Positions 1 through 13,489 of a DNA stretch of 64,000 bases are shown here, one piece after another. The notes below the pieces were generated by a model. The model ran no database searches. It was not told where the DNA came from and was given only the letters and a program-made list of their open reading frames with translations. Each line of letters opens with the position of its first letter. Position 1 is the first letter of the stretch. The position numbers and the translations under genes were made by a program. The DNA is from Ostrea edulis (lineage: Eukaryota), in contig NC_079165.1 in assembly GCF_947568905.1 (NCBI RefSeq), forward strand, positions 72,292,001 through 72,356,000, given 5' to 3'.

Positions 1-783
1 AAAGTGACAGTCCCTTCGTCCAATCTCATTACGAAGCTGTCCCCTCATTCTTGCACTGCGATTGTAACGCTAATCGGAGGAATATTTCATGTGACATTAT
101 CTCTCTCGCTTTTTGTCAATATTCACACCATTTGGCCAGCGAGGAGGAAAATTTGAATGAAACCCGATTCTAGGATGTGTAAATTTTGTTTCCTTTAGCA
201 CGGATATATGTTCCTGAACTACCCGACTTCTGAAATCATACAACCATTTTTTTTTTATGGTAATAGACCTTTCATCCCACCAGACAATGACAACCTTGGT
301 TCAACTTTCACATCTGGTTAATCCAGGAGTGATCCGATTCAATTTTCCATTGTACCATCCCATTACAAATTAAATAGCATAGAATTTAAAGTATATCGTG
401 TACACACGGATTGCAGATACTGTCATTAATGACAAGCAAGGCTCAATCTAACAGAATCTCTGAAAACTTGGGGGGTCACATAAGGAATGCAACCTTGATA
501 GTAAGCTTACTATTGTTGAGAAAGAAATCACATTTATCAGGCATCTACTACAAGTATCATACCTAACTTTATCAAACCATTACATTTTTCTCCCTCTCTA
601 CATAGATAGTTATCAGTGGTGAAATTTTTCATATCCAGAAATAATTCATTTCTGTAGTTACACAAGAAATTCCACTAATTGTAATTGAACAAATTTTGGA
701 GACTGAACAATAATTAATAAAAATAATTGTGTTTACAAATTTTATCACAATAGAAGCCACAATTACCTTTATGACAAAATCGT

Positions 784-850
784 TTTCCTCTGCACTAAAG
801 ATTTCACTTCTGACAACTTTCCTCTGCACTAAAGATTTCACTTCTAACAA
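784..850. repeat. 34-bp tandem duplication
   Basis: tttcctctgcactaaagatttcacttct(g/a)acaa starts at 784 and again at 818. Confidence 0.9.
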
Positions 851-3800
851 AAGCAAAAAACCCCAATAATTGAAGTTGAATATAAAACAACAGATCCTCA
901 TGTTGCGATGATATCTCAACAAGATAAAAATGAAATATTAAAGAAAAGTTTTGCCTGCAACTATTATGAATATCACTAAGCATTCCGAATGTCCTGTATC
1001 ATTTATGCAGTATCCACAGGCAAGAAGGATCTCATTTATCAGATTAAAAGCTGTGTGAAAATACTTCTGAGGTGTGAAGAACATGGGTCTGATTTCTTTT
1101 TTACTGTTACCTAGTTTATAAATCATTCATGGAGATATTTCAAGAAAGCATCTGATAAAATCAAACAATATTTCAAAAATCCAGTTCTAAAGAATTTTAG
1201 AAGGGGCAGGAGGAAAATATATGCATCCATACTGTAGTCTTAATTATCAAAATTTAAAAACCTTTTTACCTGCATGAAGATACAAAAAATACCTGTGAAT
1301 AAAAAATGATTTTTTTCCCAAAAATTAGAATCCCTGGCTGAACCTTACCTTCAGAGATCTATAACTATGAAAACCCAGATAATTGGTAGATATTCTACAT
1401 ATATCAGAAATTTAAAGGTGTTGAAAAAATGCATCACTACAAACCTATTTTGTCAACAAACATACTCCAAAAACAAACAGCTTCAGGAAAAAGATCACTA
1501 TTCAGTTTCAAAATGTTGTACCCATTCCATCACCGCCTGCCTGTCACTGTCTAATTAACACCATGTCCTTTTTAAGAAGGCAGGACCTAACCCAGAGAAG
1601 CCTTTGTGGCATTCTGTACTCTGATTAAGGAAATAAATTGATGCATATTCTTAATCACTGACCCAGACTTTGATGTGCTTTAATCAATTCCAAGCTTGAT
1701 TAAAGCTGACAATGGGCCCCTCAGTCTGCCACTTAATTGAGTTGATTTAAAAAAAAAATTGAGAAACTATACAACATTTACAGATGTTGTAAAGCATGTA
1801 TAATAGATATAAGCCCTTGAATTCCTATTCCGATTTTCCAATCAAACTGGCATTGATATTCAATTTTGAATTTCTTTGTTGAGATTAATTTAAATTAAAT
1901 CAACTTACATTCAACTCAAACATCCAATATGCAGGTACTCCATCTCATTGAATGCACAAAACTAAACATGAATCAAGCTAAAACAAGTTCAAATATACCC
2001 CTATCTAATATATACAACAATGGAAATACCTCAATGTTGATACTGCAGTGTTAAGTTATCTTTCCTCCTCCCTTCATTGAACACCACCGATTTTTAAATG
2101 CGTGAAATAACAGTCTGTAATACTAGCCCATTGTGACAAAATTTTTGTTCACCCCAAAACTTGTCAATAATAAGATACACTAACGTTTGGGTGCACATCC
2201 CGTTATACTGGGTAATGGCTATCAAATTTTCAGGCAGCTACATACTGATTCTATTAGGTCTTTAAAATTCTATCGATAAAATCGTAATTTTTGTGTCCCA
2301 TGTATTTGTGGCCTTCATCAGATTTCAGCACAATGAGTAGTCAGGCTATTGTGGTTAAGCGTTTCTGATTTACTAAATAATTAATCTATCTTATCACTTT
2401 TCAAATCGCCACATTAGTGTGTGAAGCATGGTCTACTGGGCTTCTGTTTTGACCACATTGTATGGCTAATTCCTGTTATTATCTGCTATTTTATAATATG
2501 TGCATCTACTTTACAAATGACTGATTTTAAAAGGGCTCCTTAAATGATTTTTCATCACATTCAATATAAACTTGATTGTGAGATACATATTTGAATTGTA
2601 TCACTTTATCAGGTACTGTATGACAACATATTTTAAGGATCTGACTTCATGTAAATCCAAGCCAAAACATGATTACATCTCCCAACATCAAAATTTTTTT
2701 TAAAAAATTCCGTTTGGCAAAATCAGAGAGAAAAAGCAAATAGAATAATTCATATCAATATGTTCCATGTCAAGTCTTGAATCAGAAAGATATATTTTTT
2801 TTTTTTACAAAAAATACAATTTAGTATGATCCTGAGAAAGATGGAAAATATTTCAAATTGATTTTGAAACAGCTGCAAATGCATGTATAGGAGTAGCTTC
2901 TGAAACATTGCAAGCAGGTGGAGATTGACAAATTGTGAATGCAATATTCAAGACAAAAAAACTTCCAAGAAAAAAAAATCACTGTAAGAGAAAACAGAAA
3001 ATAGTTCTCTCAAAATACCACCAAATATTTGCTGAAAATTTATTTTGTGAAATTCCTAAACATAATATATATTCTGGAGTGAATGAGACAAATGACGTGT
3101 ATGCTTAATGACAGCGAGCACTTGCAGTCTTTCAGCAGTCTCCCTCTGATCAGATATCACTTAGTATCTGCGCAGAACACTGATATCTTTGTCACTGACT
3201 TCAGCACTTCATAATTGTCGGGATATCGAAGGAGAACCAGCTATCTTTACATACAACACAAGATAAGTGTGGTCATTTTAGGGTCCTAGTGATATTACCA
3301 GCTAGCTGAATTGAATAGGGTATGATTATGTTCTTTGTAAAGAGAACTGAATTAATGATAATCAGAAGGAAAACTATGAGAAAGTTGCTTCAATAAAAAC
3401 CATTTTGGCGATTACATTGAATCAATATGAGATAGTACAAGAAGCCATATTGTGTAAGACGACATGGAAGCTACAGATCTTTGATGTATGATTTCCCACT
3501 TCCTTTAAATTGAAAATGTTTATCTAAGTGTCTTTTATTGAAGGGAACTAAATTAAAAGTTGTTTGCTTATGAAGCAATATGCTGGGCGAGATCTTTTTG
3601 CATGCTTCTCAAACCAACAGTGCACACATGGTGCTAATCAAGGAAAAGGACCCTTAATTGTGTACCAATAAACAATTTTAATGCAAACAATTTCACCAGA
3701 CTGCAATATCAAAGTTGAGAACTTGTGCTGTTGGATGAGATCCCCTAGGCATCTTTTTAATACCCTTACACCCTCTTCCTTATTCTATTTTGTTAATATT

Positions 3801-6800
3801 TTGGTATTCACCACAATCTGTTTTACAACATGTCTAGTTCAACATACTGAAGCATTACACGTTGATTGAATGCCCTGGTCACAGCGAGGTTCCTAACAAA
3901 TTTCATATCTTAAAATGTACTTCAGCACTTTGAAAGAAAATGCTTTCTTTTCCGAAAAATATGGACTATGGCTACGAGATATGTGTATATGCCAAAAGGT
4001 TTGAATTATCAGGTGAATAAATGATAAACACCATCTTTGTTATGCTGTGGTGATTCTTCATATCTGATCTTGCTAATTGTTCAAGAAATGCAAAAAACAA
4101 GTGTACCTGAATGCTATGTAGTATCTTGGTAAAAATATTCAAAATATAAAAGATTTCAGTTTATCCCACTTCGAATATTAACCCATTTTCTTTTTAAAAC
4201 TGTTAAGTTTTGAACAATGTTCCTTGAAAGTGTGATGATATCATGGTTTGTTTGAAAAAAGAAAAGTTAATCCCAATGGATTTGTGCCATCAAACATTTC
4301 ATTTACAAAGATTAAACATGCTCTCAACCTGCCGATTTTGTTTTCTTCATGAGTAAGCTGGGTTGCCATATCAAAGCTTACAGATACCTCCATTTTAATC
4401 TGGTAATGTTACCACACAGCAAAACCAATCAGTACCAAATAGCAAAGATCCTTTAGTTCTCTGTAATTTGAAAGATAAAGACGGATGCCTTCTAGCTTTT
4501 GAGAAAATTGATTGTTTTACAAATTAGAAAGCCAATCTAATGTATTTAAAGTGGTTTATAAGAACAGAGAGTGGTATACAATTCTGGTCTGTTGCTAACT
4601 ACTTCCAGAAATGACATATTTGAGCTACCCTTCCTGAACATTCTAAGGCCCCTGATTTTGAATGGGCCATAAAAAACTTTGAAGAACAGGGCAAAAAAGA
4701 GCAGAACTGGCAAATCAAACTAAAAAGATAAGTTTCCACAGGCTAATGCTCTGGCAATAACATTTCAGCATCAAATTATGACCTTTTTATTGCAACTTTG
4801 GCATCAAATGTAAAACAAGGCTAAAGATACAAAAATTGTAAAAGACAAATTTATGGATTTTCCCGTTTTGTCTGAAAAATGGCAGATGGAATGGTAACCT
4901 TGAATACATGAAATCTTGGGATCCTGCATGAGTTTAGATACACCATCCATTGCATACCTTTCCCAATCCTGTTTATAAAACTGACATTTCTTGCTATATA
5001 TATTCCCCTAACTGATGCCATTTCAGAAATATCCTTTGTGATTCTTCCTTGTTCCAAGAGAGATCACCGGAAAAAGCTTTTATTGTTAAAGCTTTCACTC
5101 ACACAAAATTTTGTTTTCCTAAAAAAAAAACAATATAATATACACTTCTGCAATTTTTTTTAAATAATTAGGTTTTGTAGATACATGGTAACACTTACCA
5201 CTTTCATTGATTGTATGGACTGGAAGCACAGTTGACAGAATCATTTAAACTGACGCACTGTTTAAACCACATACATTTATATATGCACATCCAAACTTGT
5301 AGCTGTTCATTTGCATAAAATCATTATTTTCTTAGTGCTTGGGATTTTAAATTTTGTGTAAAATCTGTTTCATTTCAAACCTGCCAGTATGTGTGTATAT
5401 ATTCAAAAAAATGATTGTAAATTTAATAATTTCATTTCAAAATTTAATGAGGCACAGATTTTGAAGATGTGTATATTTTCATTAATGCCCAATGTCATTT
5501 ACTTTTAGTTCCTGTACTTAACCCAGTTGGGGAGGGAAAAAAATGGGAGGGAAAGTCGGTTTCGTTTTCCATCACTTAAAAGTAATATTGGCTATCAGCA
5601 GGGTGGTGAAGTTATGAAATATTAATGGTGGCAGTGCAGACTTCGTTAATTATCTCCCTTCAGTCGGTGCATGCCATATCGCACCGAGCTTCTGAGGTAA
5701 ATTTACTATGTGACACCACAGAACACTGTGCCACTCGTTCTATCACATACAGAGCATAGCCAAAATTCAATTCTGTGTAACTTTCTTTAATAACCATTAG
5801 AAAAATATCACAACACACCAACTATTTTAATTGGTTGCACAAGCCATCCTTATCAAATAATAATAATGGTGTAAAATTTTTATAACAGTATGTTAAAAAA
5901 CTAAATAAATAACAGACAAACCTTTCAGACATGAGAATTATTTCCTAGAATATGATAAATGCCCTGCTTTCCTGTGGTAGGGCCATTTAACACCATTTCT
6001 CTACACCATCATTATCCCAGCAGATAATTCAATTACACACACAAGCGAAAATACAAATGTTTATGACACTATGGCTCTTTTTCTCTATGTCCAGACTGAC
6101 CAGAACCATCTATCACAATGTTCTGGACAGTGGCTATGATGAAAGACAGCGGAAATAAAATCTGCTGCCCAGAACAAGAGAACAGACACAGTTTATGATC
6201 AGCTGATGACATTTGTGACCTATGAATGCATTTTATGTGGTACTAATTGATTTCTCCCCTTACCATAGTTCAATATGACTACATCTATATATATTTATAT
6301 GTACACATATTTTTTTCATTATTTCAAATTACCATGCTCCTCAGTAAATAGTTTTTCTTGATATGAAAAACAACACATTTCCTTCAAAATTGTATTTTTC
6401 TGATGTTATTACATGGTAATAATATGACCCGATTTTTTTTTTCTTCTTACAAATTACAAGTTCTTCAAACACTCCACATACAGAACATACTAGTTTAGAA
6501 ATATTATAGATCTGATGATTTAATTGTGATATAAAAAAAGTTAATTGCGACATGTAACTTCAGAAAAATAATAAATATCTAATTCTAATTTATGGTATCA
6601 ATAATCAATGAATTTCAAACAAAGTAAGACAATTTCTTCTTACCTGAATCATGTGGTGTCAGTTTCAATTTGATGCATGTAGAACAAGGTTTATGGAGGT
6701 AGAACTTTACAACATTCTTGAAACATGAAATATACTGCCTGAAGTATCAGCAAAAGGCCAGTCACACTGCTGAAACATACAGGGTGAAATGTACAGGAGT

Positions 6801-9215
6801 CAATTACACTCACTCTATCAATGCCCCCTTTTCACATTTTTACAAATATTTATATGACTGCATTTGGAAAAAGATGCTAAGCCCCTGGGGGGTGACAACA
6901 AACTGTTTATCTTGAATAAACTGCTAAAACAAATATGGATTCATCATTTGTTACTGAGTAATGAGGTGTATGTGTAACTGTTAAATTAACTCCAATAAAA
7001 ATTGAGATCCAGAAAAAAGTAGCACCTGGTAAGAATGCAACAATAGCCTAGAGTAATAATTGGATTAATGCATTTTTAGTTTTAATCTGAGGTCCATTGA
7101 AAACTACCTGGTTTTTGGAAGGGGTGTAAATTGTTCACACTAGATGTTTTTTCTCAGATTTCTAAGGTTAAAAGCAACATCACTTCATTGCTTTCCAATG
7201 TCTTAAAAAGAAAAGAGATAATGGTTTGAAGAAATTGAAGTGTTTGTTTTCAGAAAGTCTTAATCATTACAACAAAACATAAGAATAATCTTTTCTTATT
7301 TTCATGTACACAAAATATTCAGAGTTGATGCTATCTAAATCAACTTACCTGATTAATGCCACAAGAGACCGGACAAAGAATGTCACACTTTGAAATGTGA
7401 CAATTAACCAAACCACAGAGGTTTCATACCTAAAAGAAATAGACAGGAAGAGAGGCTGAAACAAATGGCCACAATGACAAATTCACCACAAAGACTACAA
7501 AAGCTTATATACAGATGGCCTGTCCATAGATGAAAATCATTACAATATGCTGTGTCAGTGGGGATTGTATGCAGTTATATATGTATAGATAATGTACTTT
7601 AGTCCATTAAAGTGTGAGGGACTTGCTCAGTATTGGTGATGTGAAATGTTGTAATAGGTGAGAGAATTTGCTGAAGTCAGAAGCAGTAGGTGACAGTGAA
7701 AGGGGTTTCAAGTAGGACAGGTGGCGATGGATAAATAGATTCGTGGAAAAGTGAAAATTATAAACTGAGGACATCACAAATGAATGGGAAATACTGTATG
7801 TGTTGGCAAAGAATTTAATGAGAATGTCACATAAAGTACCAATAGAAAAACATGGCAAATCAAATTCCAATTAAGATCTAAAGCCAACAGACAAGTATTT
7901 AAAAAATATTAATTCAGACTTTGAATAAAATAATTAAGAATTTTTTATCTACAAAATATCATACGTAGGTGTATACAGTCTGTTGTTTAATCTGTTTTTA
8001 CCTGTAATCACTCTGTTAATTTTTGTTTCCCTAATCAATACCAAGGAATTACATGTATTTGGATTTTTTTCTCTCTCAAAGAATGGGCTGATGAATTACG
8101 ACTTTTTTTCTGCATAGAAACATTACCTAGGTGTCATCTTGTGAATTTGGTAAACATACTCTAAATTAGAAGATTCTGATAATCAAACACTCAGTGTCGA
8201 GGGTAACTGTATATCCTTGCCAGAGACCCGATAAGTGACACATAAAAGAATATTCGGTTACACATAATCATCATCAGATTTAAAACCAAATCAGAAAAAT
8301 CACTAGATCAAATACATTCCACATATGTCATTTAAATTTCTGAGCAACATAGCCGTCTGGTCGAAAAATCCTATATTCTGTATGACTGGACATTGTGTTT
8401 GCTTTCCATGACCAGAAAAGAGTATTTGAGATTAAAAAAAGGTGTATTTTTACACAGCTTATTTGCTCATTGCTGCTTAATCGGACCAAGTAGCAGTAAA
8501 TCACATTAGCTATTTGCTACCAGCTTTTCATGTTCATATTGTATACCAAAAGTTGTGTCACACTTCAATTCAGCAAGGAAGGGATTTACTAAATTAATTG
8601 GATGTATGCGTCAATATTTAAATATTATTATTTACAAGAAAAGCTCATGACATTTAAAAGACTTCTCACTAAACAAACTATGTAATAAGCATTTTATACA
8701 AGCAGTCCAAAGGTTGGAAGAGGAGGGTTTTTGCAATTAGGAACATTATCCCAAGTTGGCATTTTTGGGTCATAAGTTCATCAAGTTGTTCATTAATTAA
8801 AATGATTTCACACCACTTTTTCATCATTAATATTCTATATTGCTGCACAGCATGTACAAAATAAACCTTAATTATCTGTAAATACATGCATTACAACAAC
8901 CCACCCACCCCCCACCCACTTAAAATACATCAACACGACAATAGTTGTGTCATGAATCAAAATACATGTAGTAGGCCTACTCCACAAAGATGATATTAAG
9001 ATCACCAATATCAACAACAATGACATGTCATAAATAAAATAACAATAATTATGAAGATAATAATAAAAACTATGCATCAACCATGTGCTTTAAACCAAAT
9101 ATACCGGGTGCACAACTTTAAAATATTTTGAACCCCAAACCCGATCTAAAATGGAAAATTACAGTTCCTTGAGCAGTTAGATCTATGTCTTACAACTGGC
9201 TAGTACGTCCAGTAT

Positions 9216-9293
9216 CACAGGCAATTGCATCGCTTGGGGGTCGAATTTACTCTTTATATAGTAAATTCGACCAAAGCGATGCAATTGCCTGTG
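9216..9293. repeat. Imperfect palindrome (MITE-like hairpin)
   Basis: cacaggcaattgcatcgctt...gtcgaatttact / agtaaattcgac...aagcgatgcaattgcctgtg. Confidence 0.85.
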
Positions 9294-9352
9294 TCCAGTA
9301 CGTGTAAATCCTTCCCATTCTTCCAGTGGCTGACCATCGCCAGCACTCACCT

Positions 9353-9364
9353 CCCCCCCCCCCC

Positions 9365-9395
<31 letters not shown>

Positions 9396-9477
9396 AACAC
9401 ACACACACACATCATTATGCTCCTCTGGGGGCCCAAATTGGTTGAATAAAATATTCTATTCTATTCTATTCTATTCT
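9353..9477. repeat. Compound simple repeat: poly-C, (CA)n and (ATTCT)5
   Basis: Read directly from the sequence. Confidence 0.9.
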
Positions 9478-9798
9478 ATAAATCTCCATTTTTATAGAGA
9501 TATGTCCAAAACACTAAAATATAAACGCCCCAAACATCCATACGTTTACCAAACTTATGCGTCCACCCAGCCCCCACCGCGGTTCAGAAACTTCTAGAAC
9601 CGCCACTGTCTTCAGTTATAGAGCTAGCTTTAAGCTTTACTAAACATATGTTCCTCATGTGGTTCTCCAACCCTTGTCGTATATATTTATACAAGTGTGG
9701 TGTTATTGAATTCTTCACTTTGTTTGTGACACATAATATGTAGTTCATTCAAAATTACTGATTGTTCTCACATTATGTGGAACAGAATACACTCTCAC

Positions 9799-10041
9799 CA
9801 ATGGCGGATTTAAGGGGGGGGGGCGCAGCTGAAGCGTGCCCCATCCCCTAAAATTTTCAAAATGATACAAAATGGTAAAAATGACTTCGTAGGAGACATA
9901 TTTCAAGCCCTATAAAATCTGTAAAATCCAGGAGTTCCCCCACGAGGGCTTCGCCATGGACCCACTAGGAGCTTCAAGGCGGCCCCCAGACCCCCTGCCT
10001 CATAAAGTTGCCCCCGACCGCAATTTCTGGATCCGCCCTTG
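9799..10041 (+). mobile_element. Non-autonomous TIR element (MITE) with 5-bp TSD CTCAC
   Basis: Termini caatggcggatt...ggatccgcccttg. CTCAC at 9794-9798 and 10042-10046. Same family as 40722-41124. Confidence 0.75.
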
Positions 10042-10203
10042 CTCACTGTAGGATATTTGTAAAATAAATAGATAAATTATAATAATAATAAAGCAAAAAT
10101 ACGTTCTTAAATTAACCTTGATATCTAAATTTTCTTTCAAACAAAATATTTTTCATAATTTGTATGTTTTTCTTCAGTTTGATGGTTCTCTGAAAAAATT
10201 GCG

Positions 10204-10395
10204 ATAGTTTGCATGATGGTTGCACCAAAGTTTGTATGATGGGCTACGCCATAGTTTGCATGATGGGATGCGCCCAAGTTTGCATGATGGGCTGCGCCAA
10301 AGTGCATGATGTGCTGTGCCAAAGTTGGCATGATGGGCTGCGCCAAAGTGCATGACGGGCTGCGCCAAAGTTGGCATGATGGGCTGCGCCAAAGT
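10204..10395. repeat. GC-rich minisatellite, about 8 units of 22-24 bp (aaagtt[t/g]gcatgatgggctgcgcc)
   Basis: Units read directly. The right half alternates 22- and 24-bp units. Confidence 0.9.
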
Positions 10396-10539
10396 CCGAT
10401 GGTGAGTGACGTTTAGACCTCTCAAATGTAAAACAAAACTCCGACGATGAAATAAACAAAATTGAATTGGCTTTTAAAACAATTTGAAATAGATGTTTAG
10501 TTTTGAACATATATATTTTCTTGAATAAATCAAAAGGGT

Positions 10540-10600
10540 AGGAACCAAATCTTCTGACAGTGTGTAACCAGAGCGCTAGACCGCTCAGCCATCTAGGCAA
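10540..10600 (-). mobile_element. Truncated tRNA-derived SINE-like head
   Basis: Minus strand gacttgcctagatggctgagcggtctagcgc is A-box-like. A second copy lies at about 38120-38215. Confidence 0.5.
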
Positions 10601-12955
10601 GTCTGGCTTTCGATTACGATGAGCATTGAGAGTGGGATACGGTCATTTGATGTAAATTTTAAGAGAATCACAAAACACACTTTGCATTGGAAACATTTTA
10701 TTTAAGTAATTTTTGTGCACTTGGAGTGTCAATCACGATCAAAATTCTTTGCTTTCGCCAATATCTATACGCACATGTACTATACTGTCATTATAATATT
10801 TACACGGAGTGGCCAACAGCATTGCAACAGTTGAATTTTCACTGTATATTTAAATGAAAAACACATTTTTTTCCAAAACTTACTTTGAAATCAATTTCGG
10901 ATGCATCATATTTAAACTGCGAATTACAAGTAGTCATATAGGCCTACTAATTATTTTTCAAATAATATTCTGATAAATCTATGTTCATAAATTAAGATTT
11001 GAACTCGAATGTAAAGAAATAATATATATCCAAGAGGGGGGTCACTGTTGGAAAAAGAAATCGAAATATAAAGAATAAAATGTTCGCATGATCAAGATTT
11101 TGAGTGCTGAAACAACTTTATGAACCGAATTCACATTTCTTGAAAATCTAAATGTAAGCAATAACTTGTAAAATTGAATCACTCTGATGTCAAAGTGCGC
11201 TGTCTATCACAAAGTTTTTGCCAATATATTAGTTTCTAACCAATTAATAAACTGGATTCGATCAAAAATTACCTTCTCTTATCTACTGAGGCGCAATATG
11301 TTCTTGACAACCGTGCATTTTTCAAAAACCCGCTCTCTCTTTCTCTGTATTCCAGGTTGTTGTTTTTTTTAAATCAACGTCAGGGGACCGTTTCGTGTGA
11401 CATCACAATGCCGTGATGGAGCAACACACTTTAGCGTTAAAAGTCATCGCATTTTAGCACGTGCCTTGACGAGGTCATCGCACCCCCCCCCCCCTTTTTT
11501 TTTAAAGTGTGGCACTTAACGTCTCACATATATATCTAATATATATGTAATTACTATACCATAGTAATTATAAATATATGTATCATATGGTATTTCTAAA
11601 ATTCACTAGTCCTCATCATTAATTGCATGGCGTTTGTAATTCTACCTAGTTGTGACCTGTGAGGATAGACTTCGTCGTATTTCTTTATTGGCTCTATAAA
11701 GTTACACGGCCGCCGATGCGAGTGTGTGATGTTCAGTATTCTGTTCGTTTTTTATATATATATATATTTCTCTGCCGCTTGACAGCGATAAAATACTCAA
11801 TCTTTGGCCAACCTCTGACACATAAAGTTGTACGTCTGTGACAATTGTCATAAACGCAAATGGTGTCGGACCGTTGGATTGTTATAATGAAATGGTTGAT
11901 TCATTCTCCTAGAATTTCGAACATGGGTGGGGGAAGGCGGAGGGGGTTGCGGAACAAAAGAAACTTTTGATATAGAAGGATCTATAATTATGAAACACGG
12001 GGGGGGGGGTTATAGAAAAATTTCAATAAATCTAAATTCTACACTCTAGATACAGAACAGTAGGGTGGAGAGTTTTAGGATTTGAGAGAAGGCATATTGC
12101 TGAGATTGAGGTAAGTGGGGCAAATTTATCTTGAATGAAAAAGAGATGCAATTCATAGAAACTTTCTTTCGGCGGAACATGCACGTACGTATATACATTC
12201 CAATTTTTCAAATTGCCACAGCTCTGAATTATACAATCATCAAGAGTTGTAATGTGTTCTATATATTGCAATATACATACTGTACCTTTACGTGCAATAA
12301 TCCATTATATGTATGAAGTGTTCATATTTTCACCAAACTCTGAAACGCATTGACCAAAACTGATTAGGGGGAAATAAAATCAATTAGTTAGGACAGAAGT
12401 GTTAACAAGAGGACGTTATGTAACTACTGATGGTGTATCTGTTAAATCTGATGAATACGCAACGAACAAAGCAACAGGAAATGTCCCTGTCAGGCGGTTG
12501 TCAATCAAGGGGCAGTAATAATGTAGAGAACCCCGCCAAACCGTTGTGTTAAAAAAGAACACGAAGTTTAGTTTTGAGACTGAAGTAGAAGTCCAAACGC
12601 AAAATGTTCGAAGTTTTGGCAGAGGGTGTAGAAAACTTTCGATTTAGTTAGCCGAACTATAAAAACATCATGTACCTGTTTAATCACTGGTGTTTCTTCA
12701 ACTGCTTGTTTACCTGAAACTCGAAATTATTGAATTCGTTGACACAGAGAAAAAGCATGGTACATGTCCGACTTGATGATAAAGGATTGATTTAGAGAGG
12801 TCGGTAACGACAAGTTGTTTTTACTGATTACTGTTCAAATTTTTTAAAGATGTCTTTTTCCCTTATGATATACTTTACTGCGATCAACTGTGCACTGACT
12901 TACTAATGTTTTGTTTTATACACTCCCCTCCAATCCCAAACTAACATGTAACTCT

Positions 12956-13100
12956 CACTTTCGGGAAACCCCGCCCTGTGTGTAAACCAATGCGAATATG
13001 ACGTCATCCCCCTCCCCGAAAAACCCAAATTTTCGAGGAGAGGGGATTGTTTACACACGGTGCACTTGTTTTACACACAGTGCAAGTTTCCCCGAAAGTG
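12956..13100. repeat. Imperfect foldback repeat
   Basis: cactttcgggaaac...tgtgtgtaaac...atcccctccccgaaaa pairs with ttttcgaggagaggggat...gtttacacac...gtttccccgaaagtg. Confidence 0.65.
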
Positions 13101-13489
13101 GGTATATACTTTTAAATAATACAATATATTGTATTCCTGTAAAAATACCAACATGATGAGTAAACCATTTATAGCAAATCGAGGGTTAAAACAAGGGGAA
13201 ACCTGAGCCCCACATTGTTTAGCGTATATACTGATGGTTTGTTAGAATACTTGAATAGTGTATATACTTTACCAGCATATTTATACTCAATGCCTGTAAA
13301 TCACATGTTTTTGCTGAAGAATTAATTTAGAATTTTATTTTAATTTCTGAATAAATATCTGGACTCATTAGAAGAAGAGAGAAAAAAAAACCGGAATGCA
13401 AAATAAATAAATGAATAAATAAAACAATGAACAACATGTTTTGTTTTGTTAAAAGCACAACAATGTATTAATTATTTATAATAGATCAA

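Noticed and set aside
629-922. 97-aa minus-strand ORF, and the 4780-5057 frames (e.g. KKCQFYKQDWERYAMDG...)
   Set aside because: No recognisable domain and weak splice sites. Consistent with chance or heavily decayed sequence.
10204-10395. CRISPR-like array
   Set aside because: The repeats are contiguous with no unique spacers, the context is eukaryotic, and there are no cas genes. The same applies to 38324-38453.
10137-10600. Overlapping ORFs with GAAHHANF / LAQPIM repeats
   Set aside because: Products of the minisatellite. The 22-bp units break the frame.
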